This document shows, one piece after another, positions 19,339-27,868 of a stretch of 64,000 nucleotides of DNA. The stretch's first letter is position 1. Each line of letters begins with the position of its first letter. Position numbers and translations under genes: made by a program. The DNA is from Deltaproteobacteria bacterium (GTDB lineage Bacteria; Myxococcota_A; Polyangia; Nannocystales; Nannocystaceae): contig JADJEE010000012.1 of the NCBI GenBank assembly GCA_016709225.1, forward strand, positions 1,987,630 through 2,051,629, given 5' to 3'. The notes below the pieces were generated by a model that did not search any database, had not been told where the DNA came from, and worked only from the letters and a program-made list of their open reading frames with translations.

Positions 19339-19582
19339 CTACGCCCGCGAGGTGATGCCACGATGCATGCGCGCGAAGATGTCGCGCCCGCAGCTGCGAC
19401 CTTCCCTGCCGACAGTCGCAGGAGAGACCGTCGAAGGACCTTGCGGTCGCAGCGACGCAGCTCGACCGGTCGATCGCGCGGGGCACCGCCGAGTTCCGCG
19501 ACGCACTACGACATTCGGCCGCTGCGCTGCCCGCGGTCGTCGTGCTCGGCCTTAGCACGCTTGGCGGACACCCGAGAACAGA

Positions 19583-19723
19583 CTACGGACCACGGGCGAC
19601 AGCCCGCTTCATGACGCCGTCCAGCCCGTCCCACGTCACCCGCAGCAGGCGCGCAACGCCCGAGATGCCGGCCTCGTTCAGCCAGTCGATCACGAGGCCT
19701 CGAAGATCATGGATTTGCGGCTC
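19583..19723 (-). pseudogene. Possible IS630/Tc1-like transposase N-terminal HTH remnant
   Basis: …IHDLRGLVIDWLNEAGISGVARLLRVTWDGLDGVMKRAVARGP* follows the DLRxRV..EAGxSxxxAAxxFxVSxxxxxRWxxR..G pattern of IS630 transposase N-termini, but is truncated after about 45 aa. Confidence 0.3.
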
Positions 19724-20000
19724 CCCGGGAGAATTCGTGGGTCGATCGCAGCGTTGCGTGAGGCCGAGTTGTCGGTCCTGCCCCCGTCGTCCCCCTGCAC
19801 GGGACCCGAGCCGCGGGCCGATTGGCCAATCGTCAGACCACACGAGCGAGTACGATCTTTCCTCACGACTTACGGAAGAACCATCTACTCTCGACCTACG
19901 GCAGGCCGTTGTAGTCACCGTGTCCCCTCGCTCGGCCAAAAGGCCACTAGTCAGCAGCTTGCGCGTACGCTCGAATCGGAGCATTGAACGACCCAATTGA

Positions 20001-20030
20001 CTTGACGCAGTCCCAGAACCCCGCTAGATA
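20001..20030 (+). promoter_or_regulatory. Candidate sigma-70-like promoter upstream of the first Cys-rich secreted paralogue
   Basis: TTGACG, 17-bp spacer, TAGATA. Confidence 0.3.
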
Positions 20031-20072
20031 TGCACTACGCATGTGGCTCAGGCAGCAAGGACATCCCACGCA

Positions 20073-20561
20073 ATGCGCAAACCAACCCTGGGCGGCCATA
20101 TGAATCGCAGATCGTGTATAGCCATTCTGTTTGTTGCTGGGTCGGGACTAGGCCTTGCGCTTCACCCTACGACTTGGTCGTTTGCGATGGCTGAAACCCC
20201 GCGCAATTCGCCCGTCCCGGCCCCCTATTCGAAGAGCGGGGAAGCAGAGGTCTCGCGCGCAAGCGCAACTGACACGCTGAGCTCGTGCACATGGGAAACC
20301 TTCAGCAGCACAACATCGGCTCTCGTCAATGCGGCGTGTCCGATACCTGCCAAGCGCGTAATCTCCGGCGGCTGCATCAGTAGCGCCTCGGGGCGCAAAC
20401 TGATTTGGATGCACCCATACGAGGAGGCCGCAATTGGGTCGCTTCCACTGCCCGACAACGGAGAGTGGTGGCACGCAACCGACGGCAACACAGGCTGGTC
20501 GTGCAACTTCTCCTCGTCTGGGACTACGAATACCGCGCTGGCGCTTTGTTGCGGCACCTAG
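20073..20561 (+). CDS. Small secreted Cys-rich protein, paralogue 1 of 3 in tandem. I could not place it in any family I recognise. C-terminal LCCGT.
   Basis: Signal peptide MRKPTLGGHMNRRSCIAILFVAGSGLGLAL (alternative ATG at 20100). Three conserved blocks: SCTW…S..TS, CP….ISGGC, and W…NTGWSC.F … ALCCG. Lower GC than the backbone. Confidence 0.55.
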   Translation: MRKPTLGGHMNRRSCIAILFVAGSGLGLALHPTTWSFAMAETPRNSPVPAPYSKSGEAEVSRASATDTLSSCTWETFSSTTSALVNAACPIPAKRVISGGCISSASGRKLIWMHPYEEAAIGSLPLPDNGEWWHATDGNTGWSCNFSSSGTTNTALALCCGT

Positions 20562-20646
20562 TTGCAATCAGCGTAGTCAGCCACTACGGATCGCGTCTGC
20601 CAGAAGGCGCTGAAAGACGATCAGCACAGTGAACACACGGACAACA

Positions 20647-21210
20647 ATGAGTCTTGTAGCCGGCGCCGGGCTTGCGTTGTTTCTGCTAGTCGGAGCAGGA
20701 GTGGCGGGCGCTCAGGCCGAGATCACGAACTCTGCCGACAACTATTCACCCCGTCTCAATGACGGGACTGTTGGGGATGGCCGCGATGGCCGCAGCAGCA
20801 ACACGCCAGCGGCCAACACCGACGAACTTCGCAGCGATGCAGTCGCGGTGCTCGCAGACTCGACTGACCATCTAAACAGTTGCGGCTGGCGTACGACCAG
20901 CGCATCGTGTGACTGCATCACGAATGATTGCGGAGCACTTCCGAATCACTGTGGGTACACGGTTGCATGCCCGGTTGGAGAGGCGGCAATCTCCGGCGGC
21001 TGCCGAATTTCGGGCGACTCAAGCGTCGAACTTCTTTCAAGTCGTGTGTATTCAAACTCGTCACCACTTCAGCTACTATATGCGACTGTTTGGTGGGGAG
21101 TGAGCGCAAATACTGGCTGGAGCTGCGAATTTGACAACGTAGACACGATGCCTTCCGGTTGGCCGCCAGTGTTTCCTACGATTGAAGTCACGGCGCTTTG
21201 CTGTGGATAG
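20647..21210 (+). CDS. Small secreted Cys-rich protein, paralogue 2 of 3. C-terminal ALCCG.
   Basis: Signal peptide MSLVAGAGLALFLLVGAGVAGAQA, with a GTG 18 nt upstream as an alternative start. The same blocks are present: SCGW, CPVGEAAISGGC, NTGWSCEF, ALCCG*. Confidence 0.55.
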   Translation: MSLVAGAGLALFLLVGAGVAGAQAEITNSADNYSPRLNDGTVGDGRDGRSSNTPAANTDELRSDAVAVLADSTDHLNSCGWRTTSASCDCITNDCGALPNHCGYTVACPVGEAAISGGCRISGDSSVELLSSRVYSNSSPLQLLYATVWWGVSANTGWSCEFDNVDTMPSGWPPVFPTIEVTALCCG

Positions 21211-21248
21211 CACGTCCAAGGTCCTCATCGCGAATAGGCATATACGTC

Positions 21249-21731
21249 ATGGCACCAGTGCATCTTTCCAAAGGCCGGCCAGGTCGGGGACACCACTTTC
21301 AGCTTGTCTTGCTGTTCCTGTGCTCCGCAAGTTGCTCTTCGTTGGACCAAGGCGACGATAAGCCTATTCCGGCGACCCCGAACGATGACGACGGAGATAG
21401 CGAATCGGCCGACGACGATGAAGCCGTGGAACGGGCAGGGGCGTCCGATGAATTGGACACTTGCTGGTGGGTAGCATCACCGAATGGTGGCACGTCGGTC
21501 GGCACCGACTTTACGGTGAACTGCCCGGCGTCAAGACGGCCAATTGCAGGCCATTGCATGCACACCGGCTCCGCGCAGCTAACGGATTCACACCCGTTCG
21601 AAGCGAGCAATGCATCGAATCTCCCAGAAGCTGGGGAGTCCTGGTACTCGACTAGTAGCACGGCGGGATGGCGCTGCGCTTACGACGCTTCGGTGTCAGC
21701 ACAGATCGGCGTACTTTGTTGCGGATCATAG
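21249..21731 (+). CDS. Small secreted Cys-rich protein, paralogue 3 of 3. C-terminal VLCCGS.
   Basis: The listed start is a TTG that overlaps the stop of paralogue 2; the ATG at 21249 (MAPVHLSKGRPGRGHHFQLVLLFLCSASC…) gives a signal peptide. Blocks: TCWW, CPASRRPIAGHC, TAGWRCAY, VLCCGS*. Confidence 0.55.
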   Translation: MAPVHLSKGRPGRGHHFQLVLLFLCSASCSSLDQGDDKPIPATPNDDDGDSESADDDEAVERAGASDELDTCWWVASPNGGTSVGTDFTVNCPASRRPIAGHCMHTGSAQLTDSHPFEASNASNLPEAGESWYSTSSTAGWRCAYDASVSAQIGVLCCGS

Positions 21732-22203
21732 AAGGCTCGCTGTCCTGACTCTGGCGTTCGCAGGAACACATGATTTTGCGTTGGCGGGCGTCCGTGATAC
21801 GCTTGCCGTGACGCGCCGCGCGGGTGACTATGTGGCACGGGATCTCGTCCAGGCAGAGGTGCTCTGGATCGTCGGTGTGTTCGCGATCAGCGAACTGTGA
21901 TTGAGGCGGAGGTCGTCTCGTTCGTTCGCTCCCGGGTCGACTCCGCGGCTCCGCCATCGCGAACTCGCGGGTGTGCACGTTGGTGCGGTTGCCAGGTCGG
22001 GTCCACCTGGATCGACTTCGTGTGCTGATTCAGAGATTCGCGGGAGAAGCCGCTGCGCGCGCAATGCGCGAGCAGTGGTGCGCGATGGAGGCGAGGATGT
22101 CGTCGGCGCTCTTGGTCCAGGCGGACGGCTTCGGCTCGTCGTTGGTGCAGTGTCCGTGCGCCGGACCGCGTGCGTGGTTGAAGCAGCCGCGGGGCTTCCC
22201 GGT

Positions 22204-23810
22204 TCAGCCGCGCGCAGACTTCCAGCTCGCCGGCAGTAGATCTGCCGCGTCGGCCTCGCGGACGCGCCGCGAGAGCCGAGCGAGCACGTCGGTGAGGTAC
22301 GCGACCGGGTCGACGTCGGCGAGCATGCAGCAGCCGAGGATCGTGTACACCGCCGCAGCTCGGACGCCGCCGGCATCCGAGCCCGCGAAGAGGAAGTTCT
22401 TGCGGGTGAGTGCGACGCGGACATGCATGCGTTCCACGGCACCGTTGTCGAGCGGGATGTCTGGATCGTCGAGGAACCGGAGCAGCGCGTCTTGGTGGTT
22501 GAGCACGTATCGGATCCCACCGCCCATCGGTGACTTCGGCGGTTCGAAGGGTTGGTGCGTCTCGCACCAGCGGATCAGTTCGCCGCAGACTGCCGCGCTC
22601 TTCGTGGCGCGCTCGGCGTGCCGCGCTTCGCGATCGAGACCGCGGATCTCGTCTTCGATCTGGTACAGCACCTTGTACGCCGAGACCGGCAGCGAGGCGC
22701 GATCGTCTCCGGCCTCGAGCGCGGCGACGAACTTCCGACGTGCGTGCATGTTGCACCCGCACTCGATGATGTCGTCGCGCGCGAAGCTCTTGTCGAAGAG
22801 CGTCGCAGCGTCCGCGACCGTATAGCCCTTGCGCAGCCTCAACAGATCCTCGGGACCGATCTCGCCTTCGCGCTGCCCGACCTTCTTGCCGGTGCTCGCG
22901 TAGAAGTAGAACGCCGAGTCGTCGCCGACGCAGCCCCACAGCGAGCCGATTCGCTTGCCCGTGCCGACGCGCTTGTTGGTGCCATCGCGGTCGAGCACCG
23001 GCAGACCTGTGCCGTCGATATGCATGATCTTCGCCGCGAGCGTGCGCTCCTTCGCGGCGCGCACGAGCGGTGCCAGCAGCTCCGTCGCCCACGTCACCTG
23101 ATCGGCGAGCGTCGACACCGATAGCTCGACACCGAGACGCGCGAAGCGATCGCGCTGCCGATGCAGCGGCAGGCCATCGCGGTACTTCTCGACGAGCAGA
23201 TTGGCGACGAGCGCACAGCCCATCCGTCCGCCCTGGACCACCTTGTCGCCCAGCGGCGCGCGCACGACCTCGGCCTCGCAGTCGTCGCACGCCAGCTTCT
23301 CGCGGCTGTCGACGCGTATACGATCACCTCGGCCGGGATCAAGTCGAGGATCTCGGTCGTGTCGTGCCCGATGCACCGCCGCTCCTTGCCGCATCGCGGG
23401 CACGGCCGAGCAGCGGTCGGCACGACGATCGGGTTCGGAATCCGCCGCAAGTTCGCCGGCAGCGGGCGGCGAAGCGGCGGCTGAGGAGGCGCCGGCGTGC
23501 CTCCGCGCGCCGCAGGTGCGACCTCCTCGCTGGTCTCGCGCAGCTTCTGATCCGCTGCGTCGCGGGTCGCGTCGCCGGTGCTCGCGAGGCTCTCGAGCAG
23601 CAACGCGAGCTGAGCCGTCGACACGCCCTCGTTCGTGCGACGAGGTGAGCGAAGCTCGGCGAGCTTGCGTTCGAGCTCGCTGTTGCGGGCAACGAGCTTC
23701 GACACGAGCTCGAGCACCGTGTCGAGCTGGCCCTTGTCGAGCAGCTCGCGAAGCACCTCGAGCACGGGGGCGCGCTTCGTCGTCGTGCTTGCCGATCCCG
23801 TCTTGCTCAT
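22204..23810 (-). pseudogene. tnpC: IS66-family transposase TnpC, with the reading frame split by a single-nucleotide frameshift near 23335
   Basis: The N-terminal leucine zipper and zinc finger (…CPRCGKERRCIGHDTTEILDLIPAEVIV) are in one frame (ORF 23094..23948). The rest (…IRVDSREKLACDDCEAEVV…DGLPLHRQ…DDPDIPLDNGAVERMHVRVALTRKNFLFAG…) is in the -1 frame (ORF 22204..23850). The junction is gaggtgatcGtatacgc. Confidence 0.75.
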
Positions 23811-23898
23811 GCCGACGTCGACACCATAGCGGCGTCCGGCGCCGCGGCAACCGAAAATCATCGCACGCCCGCGTGTGGTTGCGCGCGGTCGCCCGGCA

Positions 23899-24267
23899 TC
23901 ACGCGCGTGCGTGCATCGGCGGCTCCCATCGACGTGACGCGCGAGCACGTGTGATGTCGATGCCCTCGAGTAGCATCGAGAGCTCGTGCACGTCGATCTC
24001 GACCGTCGACACCTCTTCGGCCACGCGCTGTGGAAACGTGAAAGTGCCCCGCTCGAGCCGCTTGTGCACGATCGTGAAGCCGCCGCGCGTGTACACCAGA
24101 AGCTTCACCTGGGTCTTGCGCCGGTTGAGGAAGACGAAGACGTGCCCGCTCAGCGGATCTTGCGCGAGCACGCTGCGAACGTCGGCACTCAGCCCGTCGA
24201 ACGATCGCCTCAAGCTCACCGGCGACGTCGCGACGTACACCTTCACTGCCCGCAGCAGCAGGATCAC
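23899..24267 (-). CDS. tnpB: IS66 Orf2 (TnpB)
   Basis: VILLLRAVKVYVATSPVSLRRSFDGLSADV…DPLSGHVFVFLNRRKTQVKLLVYTRGGFTIVHKRLERGTFTFP. GTG start that overlaps the TGA stop of tnpA (GTGA). Confidence 0.8.
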   Translation of the reverse strand: MILLLRAVKVYVATSPVSLRRSFDGLSADVRSVLAQDPLSGHVFVFLNRRKTQVKLLVYTRGGFTIVHKRLERGTFTFPQRVAEEVSTVEIDVHELSMLLEGIDITRARASRRWEPPMHARA

Positions 24268-24614
24268 GTCTTCGGCCTCAAGGTGATCATCTCCGAGACG
24301 AGTTGAGCGAGCCACTGTGCCGACACACGATCGGCGCGCACCTCGATCTCGACCTCGCCGACGTGCACCACGACCTCGGCCACCACCGCCGGCTCGGACG
24401 CCAGCATCGGGACGAACTTGACCGCGCCGCGCGTGCCCTCCGTCGCGACGCGCCGCTTCCACCACCGCAGCCTCCCGCTGCCGAGCTCATGCCGCCGCTC
24501 GAACTCCGCGAGCGTCAAACCACTGCGCTTCCACGCGCGAACTGCTGCGCGGCCATCGGCCGTCGTCCATCGCACCCCGCTCGCCGGCGCCGTCCACTCG
24601 CTCCCGCGTGACAT
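24264..24614 (-). CDS. tnpA: IS66 Orf1 (TnpA, HTH)
   Basis: …WKRSGLTLAEFERRHELGSGRLRWWKRR… pattern of IS66 Orf1. The ATG at rc 24614 lies inside the 73-bp duplicated segment. Confidence 0.7.
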   Translation of the reverse strand: MSRGSEWTAPASGVRWTTADGRAAVRAWKRSGLTLAEFERRHELGSGRLRWWKRRVATEGTRGAVKFVPMLASEPAVVAEVVVHVGEVEIEVRADRVSAQWLAQLVSEMITLRPKT

Positions 24615-24745
24615 GCCCGCGAGCGTGCACGATCACTGGGCGGCCACGCGGGTGCGCTCGGGCGGACGGACACCTCCCGCGTGACATGCCCGCGAGCGTG
24701 CACGATCACTGGCGGCCACGCGGGTGCGCTCGGGCGGACGGACAC
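24601..24745. repeat. Tandem direct duplication (73 + 72 bp) inside the IS66 right end. Each copy contains the tnpA ATG and ends with the IS terminus sequence ggcggacggacac.
   Basis: 24601-24673 and 24674-24745 are identical except for one G. The 13-mer ggcggacggacac therefore appears three times (24661, 24733 and the true terminus at 24799-24811). Confidence 0.85.
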
Positions 24746-24961
24746 GCGCGTGGCTGAACCGGGAAGCCCCGCGGCTGCGTCAACCACGCACGCGGTCCGG
24801 CGGACGGACACCCACGGTCGTCGAGCACGAGCGCGGTCGGTCGAGATGGTCGCGCTTCAGGGTTGTCGGTGGGCGGCCCAAAGCGGCGCGCGCCCAACGC
24901 GGCCGGCGTGCTATGAGCATGCTGGCTCGCGTGGGCGCGTCTCCGGGGTCAAGCGGCAGCG

Positions 24962-25372
24962 TCAGATTTGCTCGAGGCAGGAGGCCGGCGGAGAGAGTCT
25001 CTCGAACCCGAGCTCGCCACGTGCAGAGGTCAGCTCAGCCACGATGGTTGAGTGTGGGACTTGCGCCATGCGCCCTACCATAAAGCCACGGTAGTTACGC
25101 ACAGCTTCACGTGGGGTCAGTTGGCCGAGAGTGCCGGACGAGACCCACTCCGCCGTGAGGACGTCGATCGCGAGCGCGGTGGCCTCCGACTTCGGCGGCG
25201 CAGGCACGTACTGCGATCGGATCTCAGCCACGCGTCGGGCGTCGAGAGTGTAGGTGCCGACTCGAGCGACTGAGCAGTCCTCGCCCTCAGACGGACCGGG
25301 CGCCGGACCAGGAACCGGGCCTTTGCACGCCGGGCAGATCACGATCAGCAAGGTGAGGAAGTAGCGTTGCAT
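24962..25372 (-). CDS. Small secreted or lipoprotein (136 aa), tightly coupled downstream of the S8 protease. Possible cognate inhibitor or chaperone.
   Basis: MQRYFLTLLIVICPACKG signal peptide. AGGAGG sits 6 nt before the ATG, and the start is 10 nt after the protease stop. Lower GC. Confidence 0.6.
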   Translation of the reverse strand: MQRYFLTLLIVICPACKGPVPGPAPGPSEGEDCSVARVGTYTLDARRVAEIRSQYVPAPPKSEATALAIDVLTAEWVSSGTLGQLTPREAVRNYRGFMVGRMAQVPHSTIVAELTSARGELGFERLSPPASCLEQI

Positions 25373-25381
25373 GACATCCTC

Positions 25382-27868
25382 CTAATCACCGCCGCCATCA
25401 GGCTCATTGTCCACTTCAGACGTGGCCATGCAGAAGACATGAACAACCGCAGACCCCGAACTACTCACCCATTCTTTGTCGACGGTCACCTCGACGCACG
25501 TGTCCTCCACGTTGACCAGCGAGTCCTCGAACGCTACCATTTTCTTGTGATCGTGATCAGCGTTGATGCGCGTGTAGCTAGGAGTACCGTAGCCGACCGC
25601 GCAGGTGCCATTCCCCTGCTTCGGGCGCAGGCGCAGCTCGAGATCGATGCGACTGATGTTGTCCTTTCCGGACATGTCCTCGATCGCCATCATGACGCAC
25701 TTGACCTCTTCGGTGCCCGTTGCAACAGGGCCACCAAAGGCGATGTATTGCTGGTCTGCGGTACCACTGGTGAATGTGTAGGTGTTGTACGAGAGCGCAC
25801 CTCCCGCAAAGCTCGGCGAGCCGTTCGAAAGCAAGCGGAGCTTCGCTCGTCCGAGACCAAAGAGGTTGTCCGCACCCACGACGTTCTTCGTTCCCGAGCT
25901 GTTGCCCCGGTCACCCATGCCGAGCATCACCGTGTGCAAGCGTCCCACGTTCGAGATCCACGTTTGGCCATCGTTCAGACCCCAGTCCTTGACGAGAGCC
26001 GCCATCCCGGCAACAGCCGGCGCGGCAAAACTCGTACCGACCCACTGCCCGGTGCTCACGCAGCCGTTGGTGCCGGAGCCCGAGGTTACGTAGTTCACGT
26101 AGGCAGATGGCGCCGCGAGGTCTGCCATGGACAACGCCCCGCCCACCGTCGTTCCGTCCGGCGACTGGATAGACCCACCGCCGCGACTCGCGTAGGTGTC
26201 GTCGATATCCATGACCGAGTACAACGTGTCGTCCGTGCTGAGCCCGTTGACCGAGAAGGTCTTGGGAATGTCCGCAGGGCTGGACATGTTGCACGACGAT
26301 CCCGTCGTGCCGTTGTTCCCCGCCGATACCGCGATGAAGATGCCGTCGTCGAACGCGCCCTCGTAGGCGTCCTCGAGATCATAGCTCGAAGTCGCGTCAC
26401 AGGTGGCGTTCGGATACGAATCACCATCATTCCAGCCGTTGCTACTGCTGATGATGCTCGTGAGATAGCAACTACCCGGACCGGATGGCGTGAGCTCAAT
26501 GTCGATGCCCTGAAGGCAACTCGTTGACATCACGTGACGGCTCATCAGGGTGCTACCCTGGTGATCGAAGAACTGAACGACCGCCTCCTTTCCGTAGCCG
26601 CTCGCCGAGTTCTCCCACGAGGCACTGTGGTTCGTGGTGCTGTCGCAAACCGTCAAGCCTTGAGCCTGATCCTGGGTGTAGTCGCCGACAGCGATGGAGG
26701 ACACGACGGTGCCGTGGTTGACGTTCGAGGCCTCCGAGTAGTTGGCTTGTGAGTAGCTCTCACAGTACTCAACCCAACACTTCCACCGGCCAAGGAGCCG
26801 TTCAGTCTCGCATCCACTGTCGTCGTCAAAGAAGCACGCTTCGTCATTGAAGTGCCACTGCTCTTGGATGCCGATCGTGATTTGTCCCGCACCGTTTTCA
26901 GCGTTGAATCCGGCGTCGATGTACGTCTGAGCGTCAGTGTAGGAGCGCGAATCTCGATGGATTCCGATCGCGCGGCTGCCGTGCGACTGAAGACCAACGT
27001 CGTCGAGATCGATCTTCGTGATGTCTTCGCGCGCCTGCAGCTCCTCCAACAGGCCCTTCGAGACAGAAGCGCCTAGCCACCCCGTGGTCCAGTGATAGAC
27101 GCGGATCGTTCCGCCGCTTTCCACGATCTGTGCTGCCAATGACGACGACCGCTCCAAAAATGCTTCCTCTCGCTCGGCCAGCGCGACTTCGCGCTGTTCG
27201 ACCGCGGCAGCATACGTCTCTGCGCTCCACATCCCCACCTCAGGAAGTAGCGGAACATCCCAATCGGGGGCACCCCGCAACTTGATCAGCACGTCGAGGG
27301 AGTCATCCGGTCCAGCTTCCTCGGCCGCAGCGAGGAGGGTAGGACGCACCACGAGAGGCGCATCGTCGGATGGTTCCGCAGGCGGGTCGACGTTTGGAAC
27401 TCGAGTCACCCGATAGGTGTCGGTGCGCGTGCCTTCCGCGTCCACGACCGACGTTACCGTCTCTTCGTACAGGTACTCGTCCTGTAGGTGCGTATAGGGA
27501 CGCGAGACCTTCCGCCAGGTCTCAAGGTCCAGCTCACCGACCTCCGTTGACGAGACCATCTCGCCACTTTCGTTCTCTACGAGAACCTTCTCGTACACCA
27601 ACTCGCGTCCAGCATTAGCTGCGTCCGGATCTCGTACTTCGGTCTCGACATCGCCAGCACCGCCCGAGCTCCCTTCCTCAATCTCATCCGCGGGGAGGAC
27701 TTCCGAGCGTGGGCTATGCAGCCCTCCCTCGGCACTGTCGACGGGCGCTCGGTCATCGCAGGCGGGCGCGAGAGCCAATGTGGATAGAGCCCACATGCGA
27801 CGCAGGCACGTCCAGCGGTTCGCACGGGAATTGCCAATCGCAACAAGCTTCTTCGCCGAGGTTGACAT
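25382..27868 (-). CDS. Subtilisin-like serine protease (S8) with a long N-terminal pro-region, 829 aa
   Basis: His motif NVNHGTVVSSIAVG and Ser motif GTSFAAPAVAGMAALV. Signal peptide MSTSAKKLVAIGNSRANRWTCLRRMWALSTLALAPAC. GGAGA ribosome-binding site before the ATG at rc 27868. Lower GC than the backbone. Confidence 0.85.
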   Translation of the reverse strand: MSTSAKKLVAIGNSRANRWTCLRRMWALSTLALAPACDDRAPVDSAEGGLHSPRSEVLPADEIEEGSSGGAGDVETEVRDPDAANAGRELVYEKVLVENESGEMVSSTEVGELDLETWRKVSRPYTHLQDEYLYEETVTSVVDAEGTRTDTYRVTRVPNVDPPAEPSDDAPLVVRPTLLAAAEEAGPDDSLDVLIKLRGAPDWDVPLLPEVGMWSAETYAAAVEQREVALAEREEAFLERSSSLAAQIVESGGTIRVYHWTTGWLGASVSKGLLEELQAREDITKIDLDDVGLQSHGSRAIGIHRDSRSYTDAQTYIDAGFNAENGAGQITIGIQEQWHFNDEACFFDDDSGCETERLLGRWKCWVEYCESYSQANYSEASNVNHGTVVSSIAVGDYTQDQAQGLTVCDSTTNHSASWENSASGYGKEAVVQFFDHQGSTLMSRHVMSTSCLQGIDIELTPSGPGSCYLTSIISSSNGWNDGDSYPNATCDATSSYDLEDAYEGAFDDGIFIAVSAGNNGTTGSSCNMSSPADIPKTFSVNGLSTDDTLYSVMDIDDTYASRGGGSIQSPDGTTVGGALSMADLAAPSAYVNYVTSGSGTNGCVSTGQWVGTSFAAPAVAGMAALVKDWGLNDGQTWISNVGRLHTVMLGMGDRGNSSGTKNVVGADNLFGLGRAKLRLLSNGSPSFAGGALSYNTYTFTSGTADQQYIAFGGPVATGTEEVKCVMMAIEDMSGKDNISRIDLELRLRPKQGNGTCAVGYGTPSYTRINADHDHKKMVAFEDSLVNVEDTCVEVTVDKEWVSSSGSAVVHVFCMATSEVDNEPDGGGD

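Larger units (their letters stand above)
22150..24811 (-). mobile_element. IS66-family insertion sequence, about 2.66 kb, tnpA-tnpB-tnpC on the minus strand, with imperfect inverted repeats of about 60 bp
   Basis: Left terminus 22150-22215 is the reverse complement of right terminus 24746-24811, with 2 mismatches (ggctgaaccgggaagccccgcggctgc[g/t]tcaaccacgcacgcggtccggcg[g/c]acggacac). Three typical IS66 ORFs lie inside. No clean 8-bp target duplication was found. Confidence 0.8.

Noticed and set aside
21828-23290. ORFs 21887..23290 (467 aa), 21828..22520 and 21971..22825 around the IS66 left end
   Set aside because: R/A-rich frames overlapping tnpC and the inverted repeat. The matching peptide CPCAGPRAWLKQPRGFPVQPRA appears at both ends only because it is translated from the inverted repeat.
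22142-24819. An 8-bp target-site duplication for the IS66 element
   Set aside because: The flanks ttggtgca and ccacggtc do not match. Boundaries may be off by a few nucleotides or the duplication was lost, so none is claimed.
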